Of a stretch of DNA of 64,000 nt, positions 1 to 11,307 are shown piece after piece. Position numbers and translations under genes: made by a program. The stretch covers positions 806,001-870,000 of the forward strand of contig CP145414.1 in NCBI GenBank assembly GCA_036867785.1. The letters run 5' to 3'. The notes under the pieces are model-generated. The model had not been told where the DNA came from. It ran no database searches and was given only the letters and a program-made list of their open reading frames with translations. Positions within the stretch are counted from its first letter, which is position 1; every line of letters begins with the position of its first letter. The DNA comes from Plasmodiophora brassicae. Its lineage: Eukaryota.

Positions 1-282
1 TCGGCGTCGACCCACAGTGGTATCTGCCGACGAGATACCGGTTCGGGGGAGTCAGCGATTCTGTCAGCGGGGTCGCACCTGCAACCGCTCGTGATGGTTC
101 AGAGGGGGGCCGCCGGCGCCCGCCGCGGGTCGTCAACGGCCCCTGGGACCGAACCTGCCAATTAGGGCGGCCGACTCGCATGTGAACGTGTTGCTCCCAA
201 CCCGGGGGGGACGACGACCAACATGCGCGCTGTGCCGCTTCGATACATTTATATGACAGAGGGAGGGGGGCAGCAGCGCGGG

Positions 283-1146
283 TCACCAGTTCGTGATCCA
301 GGACATGATCCTGTTGCACCAGCCGTCATCGGGCCTGGGCCGGTCCAGCTCGGCGGATCCGCCGTATCGGCGCAGGGCGGCCGCGGACGCGTTCCTGGCA
401 GCGGCGACGGGCCGACGGGACAGGATCGCTCCTCTGGTAACGTCCATCTGGAGGTGCATGTTGTCGACGGCCGACGCGGGCTTGACGCCGATCATGAACG
501 GCGCCGCCCCCGGGATTTGCACGACCTTGCCGTCCTGCTGCAGGGCCTGGTCGGCGGCGATCCGCGTCGTGTACTCGAGGCGGACCCAGTTGCCATGGCC
601 GATGCTGTGCGACACGACGACGCCGTACGATTCGAACTGGTCAATGATGGGGTTGGCGGACCCGGGCGGGAATCCGAACACGAGGACGGCATTGCTAGCC
701 GGCGGCGCCTGTACTAGCAGCGGTCGTGGAAACGCGGGCGGCGCCGGGGCACGAATCGGCGACAGCAGCGCAGAGATCTCCATCTGGTTCGAGCTGGACT
801 GCCGGTCATCACAGGGCATCGACGCGGAATGCTCGAACAGGATCGAATCGCGACCGCCGATCGGAGGTAGGTCGGGCTCCAGGACGGGCGGCGCGCCTCG
901 CATCGTTCTCAGCAGGTCCCGGTCGTCATGGTCCGCGCGCCCAGGCGCCGAATAGTACGAGTCGCGTTGTGGCGTGGACACCGGCGCGTACGCATTCGCC
1001 GCTCCCAACGACGTCGACGGGGACGGCCCAGGCGACGACAGCAGATGCGAATGCCGCCTGGACGACGGCTGAGCGTCGGCCTGCGCCGTCGCCTTGCCGA
1101 ACGTCCAGTACGAGTTGTCGACCGGCTCCGCCCCTCGCAGCGTCAT
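283..1146 (-). CDS. NUP35: Nucleoporin Nup35/Nup53-like (RRM/MPPN domain)
   Basis: Intronless 287-aa ORF. A low-complexity N-terminus is followed by an RRM-like segment VLVFGFPP...FESYG...GNWVRLEY...ALQQDG...MIGVKP and a C-terminal amphipathic helix (GWCNRIMSWITNW), as in Nup53. Confidence 0.85.
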   Translation of the reverse strand: MTLRGAEPVDNSYWTFGKATAQADAQPSSRRHSHLLSSPGPSPSTSLGAANAYAPVSTPQRDSYYSAPGRADHDDRDLLRTMRGAPPVLEPDLPPIGGRDSILFEHSASMPCDDRQSSSNQMEISALLSPIRAPAPPAFPRPLLVQAPPASNAVLVFGFPPGSANPIIDQFESYGVVVSHSIGHGNWVRLEYTTRIAADQALQQDGKVVQIPGAAPFMIGVKPASAVDNMHLQMDVTRGAILSRRPVAAARNASAAALRRYGGSAELDRPRPDDGWCNRIMSWITNW

Positions 1147-1524
1147 CGCGGCAGGCCGCCGCCACGCAGATTCAGAAATAACGACGACTGTCCAGGTCGA
1201 CCAGCGAGAGTCTCAGGCGTCTGCCCGGCGGTAACGCACGAGGGTCACCTGGCACCCCCCTGTCGAGTCGCGCCGCTATCGACCGGCCATCGACGCGACT
1301 GCAAAACCGGGTCGTCGTTCCTCGGCGTACCTTCACTGGAGACCCGCCGGCTGAGACCATCGTTGTGCGATATTCATAGGAGCAATTGTGCAGCACGTTG
1401 TCGATGCAGGCCCGGATGGTGTGTCGGAAGTAGAGCGCCTCCTGTACCTGCGTGATGAGACGTTGGGCGACGCATCGTGTGTGCGTCACGCAGTCCCGCG
1501 CGTACGTTGCTGCAAGTCGCGCGG

Positions 1525-2145
1525 ATGATGGCGTCGTCGATGCGTCGCGGGCTGCTGCGCCTGTCGTCCCGGGCGCGACGTCTGCCGTCGCGGGTGCGTC
1601 TGATGACGACAGCGTCGGGGTCGGACGATGACTTCAAGCCAGTCTGGAAGGAGCCTGCCCCGCCTTTGGACCCGGAGACTGGCGTTCTGCGGTTCACGCA
1701 GGAACCGGCAGTGGACGTCATTAAGAAGGATATCACGTCGTCCGAGGTGTTCCTGTACATGAAGGGCACGCCCGAGGCTCCTCAGTGCGGATTCTCCCAC
1801 CAGGTCGTCGCGATTCTGCAGCACTATGGTCAGGGTTCACCCGTCCTTCACCTCTGGCCGAGCTGATCAAACGTACAGGGGTGCCGTTCAAGAGTCGCAA
1901 TATCCTGGAGTATCCAGCCATTCGTGAAGAGATCAAGAGATTCAGGTACGATATCAGGTCATGGTACCGTGCGGTGACTGAATTGGCTCCTGCTCCAAAG
2001 TGACTGGCCGACTATTCCCCAGCTGTACGTTCGCGGCCAGTTCGTCGGCGGTTGCGACATCATCACTCAAATGTATAAATCCGGCGAAATCAAGGATGTC
2101 CTGCCGATGCCCGAATCCAAGAATGACAACAGCAACAAGGCCTAG
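1525..2145 (+). CDS. GRX5: Mitochondrial monothiol glutaredoxin (CGFS type), 3 exons
   Basis: Arg-rich presequence, then [23 protein letters not shown] and GGCDII motifs joined across short introns (~1829-1878 and ~1946-2000). Confidence 0.93.
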
Positions 2146-2201
2146 GGGCACGCATAGGCAATACAGATCAATCGATGCCCAGGGTTTCAAACGTTTATAG
2201 G

Positions 2202-2729
2202 CTAGCCAACAAAGGTGAGCACGACCAGATGCAGGAGAATGTTACACACAGCCCAATCGCTAAACGCGCGCTCGGTGGTCATACGCCTTGGTTTACTGCC
2301 TTCGGATGGGCCGAACTCTCCTGGGTGAGCTGTTTGAAGCCGGAGGCCCGCTACAAATAGGGAAACGTTAACGGAGCTGACATGTTCGAACAGGACAGAC
2401 ACACAAAACCGACCCGCAAACACGAACGATGCAACACATGACAGGAATCCGGCAAGGAACGAATTGAACGGAAACGTGCCGACCAACAGGCAGTACAAGG
2501 CCTGGATGACTCCCGTGCAGAACGTGTAGGCCAGGAACGCGTCGATCAATTGCAGACGGCGCGGCGTCTTGCTGACGTAGTCATGGAGCAGGTGCGACCA
2601 GATCGATTTCAGTTCCGACGACGGTGCCGCACCCAGCACCGAAGCACCCGGCGTCGACGGTGCCGTGCGGGCCGACGACCCCGATCCCGACCTGGCCGGC
2701 TGGCCACCCTTGCCGCCGCCCTTCGCCAT
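2202..2729 (-). CDS. DAD1: Oligosaccharyltransferase subunit DAD1/OST2
   Basis: Motifs LIDAFL..., LVGTFPFNSFLAGF, LRLQ and ERAFSD...LHLVVLTFVG. A 63-nt intron at 2351-2413 happens to be in frame. Confidence 0.93.
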   Translation of the reverse strand: MAKGGGKGGQPARSGSGSSARTAPSTPGASVLGAAPSSELKSIWSHLLHDYVSKTPRRLQLIDAFLAYTFCTGVIQALYCLLVGTFPFNSFLAGFLSCVASFVFAGRFCVSVLFEHVSSVNVSLFVAGLRLQTAHPGEFGPSEGSKPRRMTTERAFSDWAVCNILLHLVVLTFVG

Positions 2730-2927
2730 TCCTGAGCCGGCTCGACGGAATTCGGGCAAACAACAAAATGCCGGGCAAAAAGCGATCGCAGTTCGCGAGG
2801 TCCACCTGAACTGGTCCGGTGCATCTCTGCTTGAGCAATGTGGAACCGGAGTTTACCTATACACGATACAGTCGGACGGCTATTGGGGATAATACATTTT
2901 TTATTCCGCGACGACCCAGACGTCGAC

Positions 2928-3659
2928 CTATTCGGGACGCGCGTCTTGGGTTGTTGATGACGCGGAAGACAAGGACGTCGACGTGGCGGGAACTCTCCTA
3001 AATGCAGACGATGTCTTGCTGATATCAGCAACCTTGGTCCCTGATATGGATGGCAGCTGCGACGCTTGTAGATCTTGGAATCGTTGGTTAATCCAGGACG
3101 TGCGGCAGCGTGACACAGCAGCCATGTCGTCCTCGAGGAGCCGGCTGACTTGCCCGACCAGGTACTGGACGGTGTTGTTCAGCGATTCCGGAGACGACGT
3201 GGACCAGACGCGTCCGAATCGTTCGCCGAACGTGCGTACGTAGCGGTAGAGCTGGATCTGTCGCGCTAAGCACATCTTCGGGAGGCGGTCGCACATCTGT
3301 AGCTCTGCTGGTGTCAGCATCGACATGAACTCAGGAGACAGTCCCTGGATCTTGTCCATCTGGTCGGACAATGGGTCGTATTCGTAGCATTCCGTAACAA
3401 TACGACGCCGTTCAGCTAACGATAGCACCTTGCACGAGTCGACGGTAAACGGGAGTTGCTGACGTGGCTGGCCGCAGTCCGGCGATGATCGGTCGGATGC
3501 GACTCGCGTGATCTTTGAGCGGCGTTCGCCAGAGGTGGCATCTGATTCTTCTAGCGACCTCTTCTTCGACTGCGAACTGTCGACGGTCGTCGGCGGTGGC
3601 CCTGGGACGTCCCGCTTGAGCTCCACTGTATCATTGCGGACGTCGCCCATCGCGGTCAT
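2928..3659 (-). CDS. Unknown ~245-aa family, copy 1 (intronless, NLS-like basic motifs)
   Basis: Shares the domain ECYE.DP..DQ.DKI...TP.ELQ.CDR.PKMC.ARQIQLYR.VRTF..RF...LVQY..GQ..RLLEDD.A.V..CR..W...RF with three other ORFs in the window. Confidence 0.8.
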   Translation of the reverse strand: MTAMGDVRNDTVELKRDVPGPPPTTVDSSQSKKRSLEESDATSGERRSKITRVASDRSSPDCGQPRQQLPFTVDSCKVLSLAERRRIVTECYEYDPLSDQMDKIQGLSPEFMSMLTPAELQMCDRLPKMCLARQIQLYRYVRTFGERFGRVWSTSSPESLNNTVQYLVGQVSRLLEDDMAAVSRCRTSWINQRFQDLQASQLPSISGTKVADISKTSSAFRRVPATSTSLSSASSTTQDARPE

Positions 3660-4975
3660 GCCGTCAGGGCGGTCGTAAGCGGTTAAGAATTTCGAAAACG
3701 CTGATGATGATGGCAGGGCGTCGCGTTTTGCGGGAAATTCCAGGAATGCCTCCGCCCGTCGCCGCTAGTTTTCCCACCACAGTCGCGCACTATTTTTTGA
3801 CCAGCTGCCTCATGCCGTCCACTGGAGCGCACGTATACGCGCAGTTAGCTCACCACTGACGCAGTCGTGGTTTCCGCAGAAACGAAAATAGATTGGTTCC
3901 GCAGCAATTTCAAGGCCGCTCGTGCGAATCCACGAATCCGCCTGACCCGATCTTTCCGACGTGCACATTGGTGGAATTCCCAAGTCCCCAAAGTGCACGA
4001 CCATATATCGCAGCACAATCAGTCGTCCCTGATGGGCTCGTTGAAAGCATCGCCGGAGACAAGCAATTTGGATGCCATTTGCCTGTCATCGTAGCAAGTA
4101 TATTAGGCTTGCCCGCTGCGGCAAGCCGTACGTGCAAAGCTGACGACGACGCGATCCCGACGAACAGCACGAAAGACTGATTAATTGTAAGATGCAGATA
4201 CTACGCCTGAGGCCGTTACACTCGAGTTGCGATCAGCGTTGGCTCCGTCAATCGTACGAGGTTAAGGAATGACTATTTTCACACCTTCACCGAGATTCTC
4301 ATTTGACCATTTTCACACCGACTGACGAGAATATTTGATCAGACCTGGAAATGACGGCGACACCTACGTCAGCGATCGACAATCGTAATTACGACCAGGT
4401 GAGGCAGTTCGTCGTCCGGTTTGGTAAGTTGCCGCTAAGGCTCTGGTTGATGCAGTTCGGTGATACCCTGTTGGGTGAGTGGTTTTTTTGAAGGCGGTAC
4501 AGGGATGGTATTATAGGACACGGGCTCAAAGTTTGCTAAGGATGCGTGTTCCTGGCGCTTTGGCTGAACAGGACAACTCCATCAAAGTTCAATATTTTCC
4601 CTGGATTCCCATTGCGCTAAGACTACGACCCCAGCCCTTCTTGAGACATCCGGCTCCGGTTCCCGCTCGTCCGGGTATCATTTGTAGACCGGACCGCCCA
4701 ACTAGGCCACGGGAGCAGCTGCTCTCGTGGCCTAGTTGAACGGTCCGGTCTACAAAAGCTCTTTGAACTTCAAGCCGCGTGGTACTGAGGAGGCGATGTA
4801 AATCACGCTCCATCGGTGCCACGACAGACGAGAGCGCGATGTTGAACACTAAAAGCATCACGATCCGTTCTACGTTAAATATCTTCTTCACGTCTTCCAA
4901 TAGTCATTGCAGGGACCCTGTTTACAAAGGAACCAAAGAATACTCGGTACAGGAATAGCGCCGGTACTGGGAAGC

Positions 4976-5641
4976 TCACAGAACATGTCCGTCGACGTGT
5001 TTCTTGGCGTAACAGCTGCTGGCGAAGTGGGAATCGCGTCCACATCGGTAACAGCCATTGCCACGATGGGAAGTGGCGACGACGGGGACGACGACCTCAT
5101 AATGTCCCACACGTATGACTGTAGTACTGCCCGTTGTGCTATTCGTGTTCACGCGTTGGTTTCCTTTCGCGAGTGACTTCGCGCAGCTGTCGTTTCGAGT
5201 CTTGTTGGCAGGACCCCGACACTGGCGTTTTTCCGAAGTGCCTGACGTCTTCGGACGCTTACCAGTCGTCGACTCGTACTGAGGCAACGTTCGCCGTTTG
5301 ACCGAGGTGCGTGCTGTCGGTTTGGGGCCATGCTGTTTGAGTTCGACGGGCGTCTTCAGGCCTTTGTGCTTGAGGAGAGCGGGAGGGCATTTGTCCATGT
5401 CGATCTTGCACCAGCAGCCACCGCGTACGTTATACCATCCGTATTTCTCCATCATCTCCAGCGTCAGTTCGTTCTCCTCACTGGGGCCGCCCTCGCGAAT
5501 CAGCAGTACTTCCAGCGGGCGATACAAGGACGTCCATTCACACCCGTTGGCGTTGAAATGCTCAATGAAGCGCTCGCCGACCGGCCTGGCCGAGTATCCA
5601 ACGTAGATCTTGTTCTGTTCGAGCAGCAACGCGTAGATCAT
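4976..5641 (-). CDS. GIY-YIG nuclease with C-terminal CCHC zinc knuckle, resembling giant-virus proteins
   Basis: MIYALLLEQNKIYVGYS...RFIEH...W...Y.P...ENELTLEMMEKYGWYNVRGG, then a basic linker and CYRCGRDSHFASSCYA. Intronless. Confidence 0.85.
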   Translation of the reverse strand: MIYALLLEQNKIYVGYSARPVGERFIEHFNANGCEWTSLYRPLEVLLIREGGPSEENELTLEMMEKYGWYNVRGGCWCKIDMDKCPPALLKHKGLKTPVELKQHGPKPTARTSVKRRTLPQYESTTGKRPKTSGTSEKRQCRGPANKTRNDSCAKSLAKGNQRVNTNSTTGSTTVIRVGHYEVVVPVVATSHRGNGCYRCGRDSHFASSCYAKKHVDGHVL

Positions 5642-6601
5642 GGTAGCACTCGAACGGAGGTCCAACAAAATAGCGCAGTCGCAAGATGGGCCCCCCTTTC
5701 CTGCCCTACGGGAGTACCATGTGCGTTAGCTATATTGAGGAGGTGCAATCCAACCAGAGACTCCATGATCTGCGGACTGGAGTGAGAAAATGGATCTTCT
5801 GGCTGCTAGTATTCTGAGTAATGCCAAGTTGAGCTGTTGGTGGACAAAGAGAAAACAAATATTCAGGTACATACCTGCGTGATGGCGATGGGTTGTCGTC
5901 GACGTCGCCGAGGGAACCTCGGACGCTGTCGATCGTTACAACGATACATCGGGCGAAACGAAGGCTGACGTCAGCGTACCAGTCATGGCGACGGGTGCGC
6001 CCGAGGGAATTTATGCCGTCGCCGACGCCGTCGCAGAGATGGGAAACAATCCCGGGTATGGCAAATCGCGGAATGGATACAATCCTGAGTATGGTCGATT
6101 TCGGAATGCGGCAGAGCTTAGCTGATGCGGGCACTGAAGAAGGATTTCGTGGGCGACGTCACCGCCATCAATCGGCCGCCATCCGCCATCCGCGACCCGC
6201 ATCCATCATACAAAATGCGCGCTCGCCAGTGGTTCACCAGTCCTACGGCGCTGTGCGTGTGTCCCCTGCGCCCGCAGTTCGAACTCCTGTTCCACAGCAT
6301 GCGCACCTCCTTGATGCACTCGGGACGATGGGCATTCAGCGTATAGCAACGACGACTGCGTAGTAAAGGGCCGCCAGAGAGCGCCGACAAACGCGCCAGA
6401 TTAAGGACTACGCCCACAGCACAAAGCACTTCACTAATGGGCGTCGCCTAACGAACATTAGGGCCAGATCACCATTAGAGACGACGTTGCGCGGTTAGAA
6501 TGCGCCATGCGATCGTGCGACCTACATAAAGATGACGCTCCAATGTTGAGGCTGCCCTATTTCCGCGGAGATCGGTGTTGCCGCTGCCGTAGGACTGCCG
6601 A

Positions 6602-7306
6602 ATGACAGGGGCCCGGACAGGCGAGTACCTCGCGAGATGGCGCGCCCTACAGCGAGCAGCGCGCGCACGCCCCCGGTCTAGTCGTCGTAACGACGGCAGT
6701 GTGAGAGGAGACGACAGATCATGCCAGTCGAAATGGAACACAATGTCGACCTTGGATCTGTCGAAAATGCCGATGCCATCTGAGATGCCTCGGGAGATGA
6801 TCAAGTTATTGCGTTCAGTCGGTTGCCAAGCAGAGTTCTCAGAGTGCGGTCGAAACCTGGTCAAGTTCTCCCCCATCATGTACGGCGACACGGCCTGGCA
6901 GCATTACGAACGTTGGGCTCGGGGCGCCCGCAACGTTATCGTCACCGTTGGATGCTACGCGACGAAATATATCGAAGACAAGTTCGTCGTGCCACCCTGG
7001 GAGGACAGGAATCAAATCGTTCGGGAGGCGGCTTCCATTCGAACACACCTGGCCAGAATGGATTTCTCTTCCCTAACGCAACGAGTGCTGCCTGACGTCC
7101 CAGGCCCGTTGTTACCGTGCCCGCCGTATGAGATCGTCGAGGATCCTCGAATGGCCCTGACAGTTCTGATGGAACGCCTTCGGCACCCACCAGCAGTTTC
7201 CTTAGGATACAAGGAACTCAATAATCTCCATCCCAGGACCTTCATGTGCGACATCGTCCACGCGTGGAAGAACGCCTGCGTTACGATTCACCTGATTAAA
7301 CCCTGA
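6602..7306 (+). CDS. Orphan ORF of unknown function (true start may be a later ATG)
   Basis: 234-aa ATG-initiated ORF with balanced, globular-looking composition and no strong competing antisense gene. No recognisable motif. Confidence 0.45.
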   Translation: MTGARTGEYLARWRALQRAARARPRSSRRNDGSVRGDDRSCQSKWNTMSTLDLSKMPMPSEMPREMIKLLRSVGCQAEFSECGRNLVKFSPIMYGDTAWQHYERWARGARNVIVTVGCYATKYIEDKFVVPPWEDRNQIVREAASIRTHLARMDFSSLTQRVLPDVPGPLLPCPPYEIVEDPRMALTVLMERLRHPPAVSLGYKELNNLHPRTFMCDIVHAWKNACVTIHLIKP

Positions 7307-7384
7307 CGTGCATGCAGTCGAATTCATCGCTAGGTGTATATGACAGTTTACTGGGCCCAGAACGCGTGTTTGCTACCAGTGCTA

Positions 7385-8119
7385 TTAGTCGGCTTGTTTC
7401 CTGACGTCAGCGACCCTCGTGAACACCATGTCGTGCGGGTGCGCTTCGGCACTGCCACTGGTGCGTGGCGGCTCTCTCTCGGATACGGCCCACCTCGTTT
7501 GGCGGGCGAACCTGGCGGCTTTCACGTCTTCGAACTTCCGCTGCATCCAGACGGACCGGCAGTGGCTCACAATGGCGATGTCGTCCTCGAGTAGGCGCAT
7601 CGTCTGTCCTGCAAAGTACTGCACGAGGGCGTTCATCGTCTGAGCGGATGCCGTCGATGACACCTGATTCAGTCTGGACGCGAACGTGCGCACGAACCGG
7701 TACAGCTGAATCTGCCTTGCTAGGCACATCTTCGGGACCCGGTCGCAGGTCTGCAACTCGTCCGGCGTCATGAGCGACGCTAGTACGGGCGATATACTTC
7801 GGATCTTGTCGAGCTGGTCCGACGCCGGGTCGACCTCGTAGCATTCGTTGATGATGGCACGACGCTCGTCTTCCGACAGCATCCGGCACGTCTCGATTGT
7901 CCTTGGTCTCGTCGCTGGTCGTGGCTTCTTCGCTAACAGTGCGGAACGATCGTCGCAATCGTCTCTGCTCTCGGCGCTGCGTTTGCCGGTGCGGCGCCCG
8001 TCTGGCAGTGGCTCATCCAGAACGAGGCCGTCGCGCTGAGCGAGCTTGAGTTCAGCCTGAAGCAGGAGAAGCAGTGGGGACGGCTCCTCGGTCGCCGTCT
8101 GTGGATGCATAATTGACAT
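7385..8119 (-). CDS. Unknown ~245-aa family, copy 2
   Basis: Same conserved domain as copy 1. The N-terminal motif EEPSPLLLLLQAELKLAQRD is shared with copy 3. Confidence 0.82.
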   Translation of the reverse strand: MSIMHPQTATEEPSPLLLLLQAELKLAQRDGLVLDEPLPDGRRTGKRSAESRDDCDDRSALLAKKPRPATRPRTIETCRMLSEDERRAIINECYEVDPASDQLDKIRSISPVLASLMTPDELQTCDRVPKMCLARQIQLYRFVRTFASRLNQVSSTASAQTMNALVQYFAGQTMRLLEDDIAIVSHCRSVWMQRKFEDVKAARFARQTRWAVSEREPPRTSGSAEAHPHDMVFTRVADVRKQAD

Positions 8120-8588
8120 CGTCGGTCGGCGTACGGGGCTGCGAGAATCCAGATCCAGAACAGGAACGCAACCAGAATCAAATTGAGGCTACCGCTCGCA
8201 TCGCCACCTGGCTGCCCCTAAATAAAGCGGCAAATGCCTCTGGAGCCACATGTTCCGTCTGTTCGAGGGGTCGCGCGAAATCAAAATAGATTCGTCGTTT
8301 TCTAAATATAGGTTGTCCGTCGGTTCTTCGAATCGGTAGGCGAGAATGATAGGTTATGAAACCTCCGCCGAACCAACAAGTTCCTGTCCATCTTGCCTCG
8401 ATTCGGGCCGACTTGCAGGCGCTGGTTGACGAACTGAATCTGGATCCGCTGCTGAGACTGACGACCATGTTGCGTTCTGGATGCCTGCAGCGACTTGTAG
8501 TTCAGCGTGTCGCATGTCACATGTTGACATGTTGACGGTTAGATGTCGGCTTGGAGCCGGCGAGTCACTTGCCGAACCAGGTACTGGA

Positions 8589-9824
8589 CTACCTTGTAGG
8601 TAGGAAGCCTTTTAGCGGTTCTGCTGAAGACGACGGCGCCTGTACCTTGTCAATCGGAACATGCGAATGTATCGGAACAGTTGTCAGGATACGCCAGCGC
8701 CTTTGCAGAATGCCGAACGCCCTCTCCACGTCCTTTCGCTGGGATTCCTGCTTCGACACGAACAGCTTCTCCGCTCGAGTGCCGGGCTCACTGATCATCG
8801 GGACGGAGCAAGCGTACGTATTTGGTACCATATGTCCCGTCGACGAGATAGTACGGGAAGGCGTACTCATGCTCGTCGACTTTGAAGGCAACCTGGGGTG
8901 ACTGCCCTGTGATGATGTGTCCAGAAGCGTCGGCCAACCCAGAACATTAATTTCGTTGAATGATGCGGGAAACCCGGCAAAGAAATGCCAGAAACGACAT
9001 TGGTGGTCAGCAATAGCCTCCATCACGATGGTTGCAGCACCTTTTCTGCCTCGGAACATTCCGGACCAAGCAGCCGGGCAATTCTTCCAACAGACGCGCA
9101 TAGAGTCGAACGAGCCCAGGCATCCAGCTGCTGGCCAGCCGCCTCCAAAACCTTCATCCAGTAGACGATCCAGATCAGCTGCTGTTGGCCTTCTTAGAAC
9201 GTCAGGCCTATACACATCGACGACCGCTTGGCAGAAACGTTTCAACGTTTCCAGGGGTCGTCGGTTTCTCTAGTCTGAACTAATTATCGTCACGTTCATG
9301 CGTTGACACGCCCGACGACATCATTCGCACCGCAGCGCAGACCTTCTGGCGCGGACTGAAGCCAAGCATCTACACACGTTGCGGTCAGATCGATACCACC
9401 ATAGACATTGACAAAGGTTACGGCAGCAGTTACCTTGCAACAGTCCATTATCTGCACGAGATAGTGCTCATGTTCAGCGACCCGTTGCACGATGGAACCG
9501 AACAAGTCTCTGGGCATATCGTGAACGTTCGCCGAACGTGTTTCTCGACGTCATAAATGGGATTCGCCCCCCAGTAATCGATGTGGAGAAGCGAATCGTA
9601 GAGGCGGCGCAGCCGGTCGGCGCGTCCAGACTTACTGAAGAGCCAGCTCCCCGTGTGTTCCTCTGTTCAGACCCGCGACGCCCACTCGCGACATGTTCAT
9701 GAAGGGGCAGCAGCGGGAACAACACGTCCAAATCGTCCTCGACGTCGCTCAACGACAGTAGGAAATCGTCAGACTCGTCGGACGACTGCCTACCCCAAAA
9801 CGCGGTCCCCCTCCCGTCAAACAA
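8589..9824 (-). mobile_element. Decayed PIF/Harbinger-type DDE transposase (Plant_tran/DDE_Tnp_4-like), pseudogenised
   Basis: Fragments lie in different frames: DYWGANPIY, MPRDLF..IV, KVTAA, RFCQAVV..Y...LRRPT..D, GCLGSFDSM..WKNCP.AW.GMF.G, EAIAD..RFWH, NEINVL, YYLVDGTY (shifted frame) and KQESQRKDVERAFGILQRRWRIL. Confidence 0.88.
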
Positions 9825-9944
9825 TGACTGGTGTCCCGGTCACCGCTGGGGAAACCCCCACCTTTCACTAACTCTGGAATCCATAAATTGCACGGATCAC
9901 CGGTGGAGATGCGCACTCTCACACCGTAAACGATTTCCCTGTAT

Positions 9945-10706
9945 CTACTGGTCGCTGTGTGTGCCACCGGCTGTCCTCGTGAAGACCATACTATGTCCAC
10001 AATGGGACGTTGGACTGGAACTCGTGCTCGACGTGCTTGATGGATCTCTTTCGGAAACCGTCCACTTCGTCTCGAGGGTGAACTTGGCCGCCTTCAGGTC
10101 GTCAAACCTTTTCTGCATCCACGCGGACCGGCATTGGTTTGTAACGGCAATGTCGTCCTCGAGAAGACGCATCAGTTGCCCTGTGAAGTACTGCACTAGC
10201 CCATTCAGCGTCTGACAAGATGCTGTCGACGATACATGGTCGAATCTGGATCCGAACGTCCTCACAAACCGGTGTAGCTGGATCTGCCTTGCCATGCACA
10301 TCTTCGGGACGCGGTCGCACGTCTGTATCTCGTCGGGCGTCATCAAAGATGCCAGTACCGGCGAAATGCTTCGGATCTTATGAAGCTGGTCGACAGAAGG
10401 GTTGACTTCGTAGCATTCGCTGACGATGTGACGTCGATCGTGCTCCGACAGCATCCGGCACGTTTCTACCGTCATTGGTGCAGGCGCCTCTGACGTCCTT
10501 TGTCGTTTCGATGAAGGAGCAAGTTCACCGTTGCGCTCCGGGGTGTACTTGTTCCTCGGGCGCTTGGCGGCACAGACGTTGTGCCTGCCTGAGTACGACT
10601 CGCCAAGGGCATGGGCGTCACGCTGGGCAAGCTTGAGTTCAGCTTGGAGCAGGAGCAGGAGCGGAGAGGGCTCCTCGGCGGGTGGAAGCGGGTGGAGTAT
10701 CGTCAT
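9945..10706 (-). CDS. Unknown ~245-aa family, copy 3 (253 aa from ATG at 10706)
   Basis: MTILHP...EEPSPLLLLLQAELKLAQRD aligns with the start of copy 2, and the core domain is conserved. The upstream part of the 461-aa ORF is probably non-coding. Confidence 0.82.
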   Translation of the reverse strand: MTILHPLPPAEEPSPLLLLLQAELKLAQRDAHALGESYSGRHNVCAAKRPRNKYTPERNGELAPSSKRQRTSEAPAPMTVETCRMLSEHDRRHIVSECYEVNPSVDQLHKIRSISPVLASLMTPDEIQTCDRVPKMCMARQIQLHRFVRTFGSRFDHVSSTASCQTLNGLVQYFTGQLMRLLEDDIAVTNQCRSAWMQKRFDDLKAAKFTLETKWTVSERDPSSTSSTSSSPTSHCGHSMVFTRTAGGTHSDQ

Positions 10707-11104
10707 GGTTGCTGGTCGAGCGAGTTGTGCCTGGTGCCGATCTGGACTGGGAATGCAGCCCGAATCGTGTCCTTCCGCCGCCCGTGGACCCATGGCAGGA
10801 CGCGGTACGGCGTTCCCCGTCGCTAAATAAAGCTGCAACGCACTGACGAACCACACCGTAGCGGCAGCTCTGACAGAAAATAGATGCCACGTATTCCCAG
10901 AATAGACATGCGTTCTATAGATAGGACACATACCGGTCGTCGGCTCGCAGCAGGTCCTACAGACGCAACGGGATCTGGCTCGGCCGGAAACCGTCGCTCG
11001 TCGGTGATTTTCTGGATGGGGCATTTCTGGTACGGTCTGCGCTTTGCCTTTTGCATGCAGCCCAGGTCGACGACGAAGGTTGGCCCATCCATATTGCTTG
11101 ACTA

Positions 11105-11307
11105 AGCCATCCGATCCGTCGTGCTCTTCACTGCGCAAAATCGTCCGGCACCGGATGGTTGCCGTCGTGGGTCGTTGCGGCTGCGAGTTGGGTCGGCCGG
11201 ATACAGCCACATGTGTCCAGGAAAGCCGGTCCAAGCCATCCGTCGTGTTCTTCACCGCGGTTTTGGACGGTTGCCGTCGTTGGTCGTCGCGACTGCGAGT
11301 TGGGTCG
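11105..11307. repeat. Degenerate direct repeat, two copies of ~75-90 bp
   Basis: aagccatcc(gatcc)gtcgtg(c/t)tcttcac...gga(t/c)ggttgccgtcgt(g/t)ggtcgt(t/c)gcg(g/a)ctgcgagttgggtcg occurs at ~11105-11195 and ~11233-11307. Confidence 0.75.

Noticed and set aside
223-1455. Many long overlapping Arg/Pro/Ala-rich ORFs here and throughout the window
   Set aside because: They are by-products of high GC content and codon bias opposite real genes.
4200-4900. Lower-GC segment with short ORFs downstream of the GIY-YIG gene
   Set aside because: No recognisable motif and stops in all frames. It may be decayed foreign DNA, but I cannot support a call.
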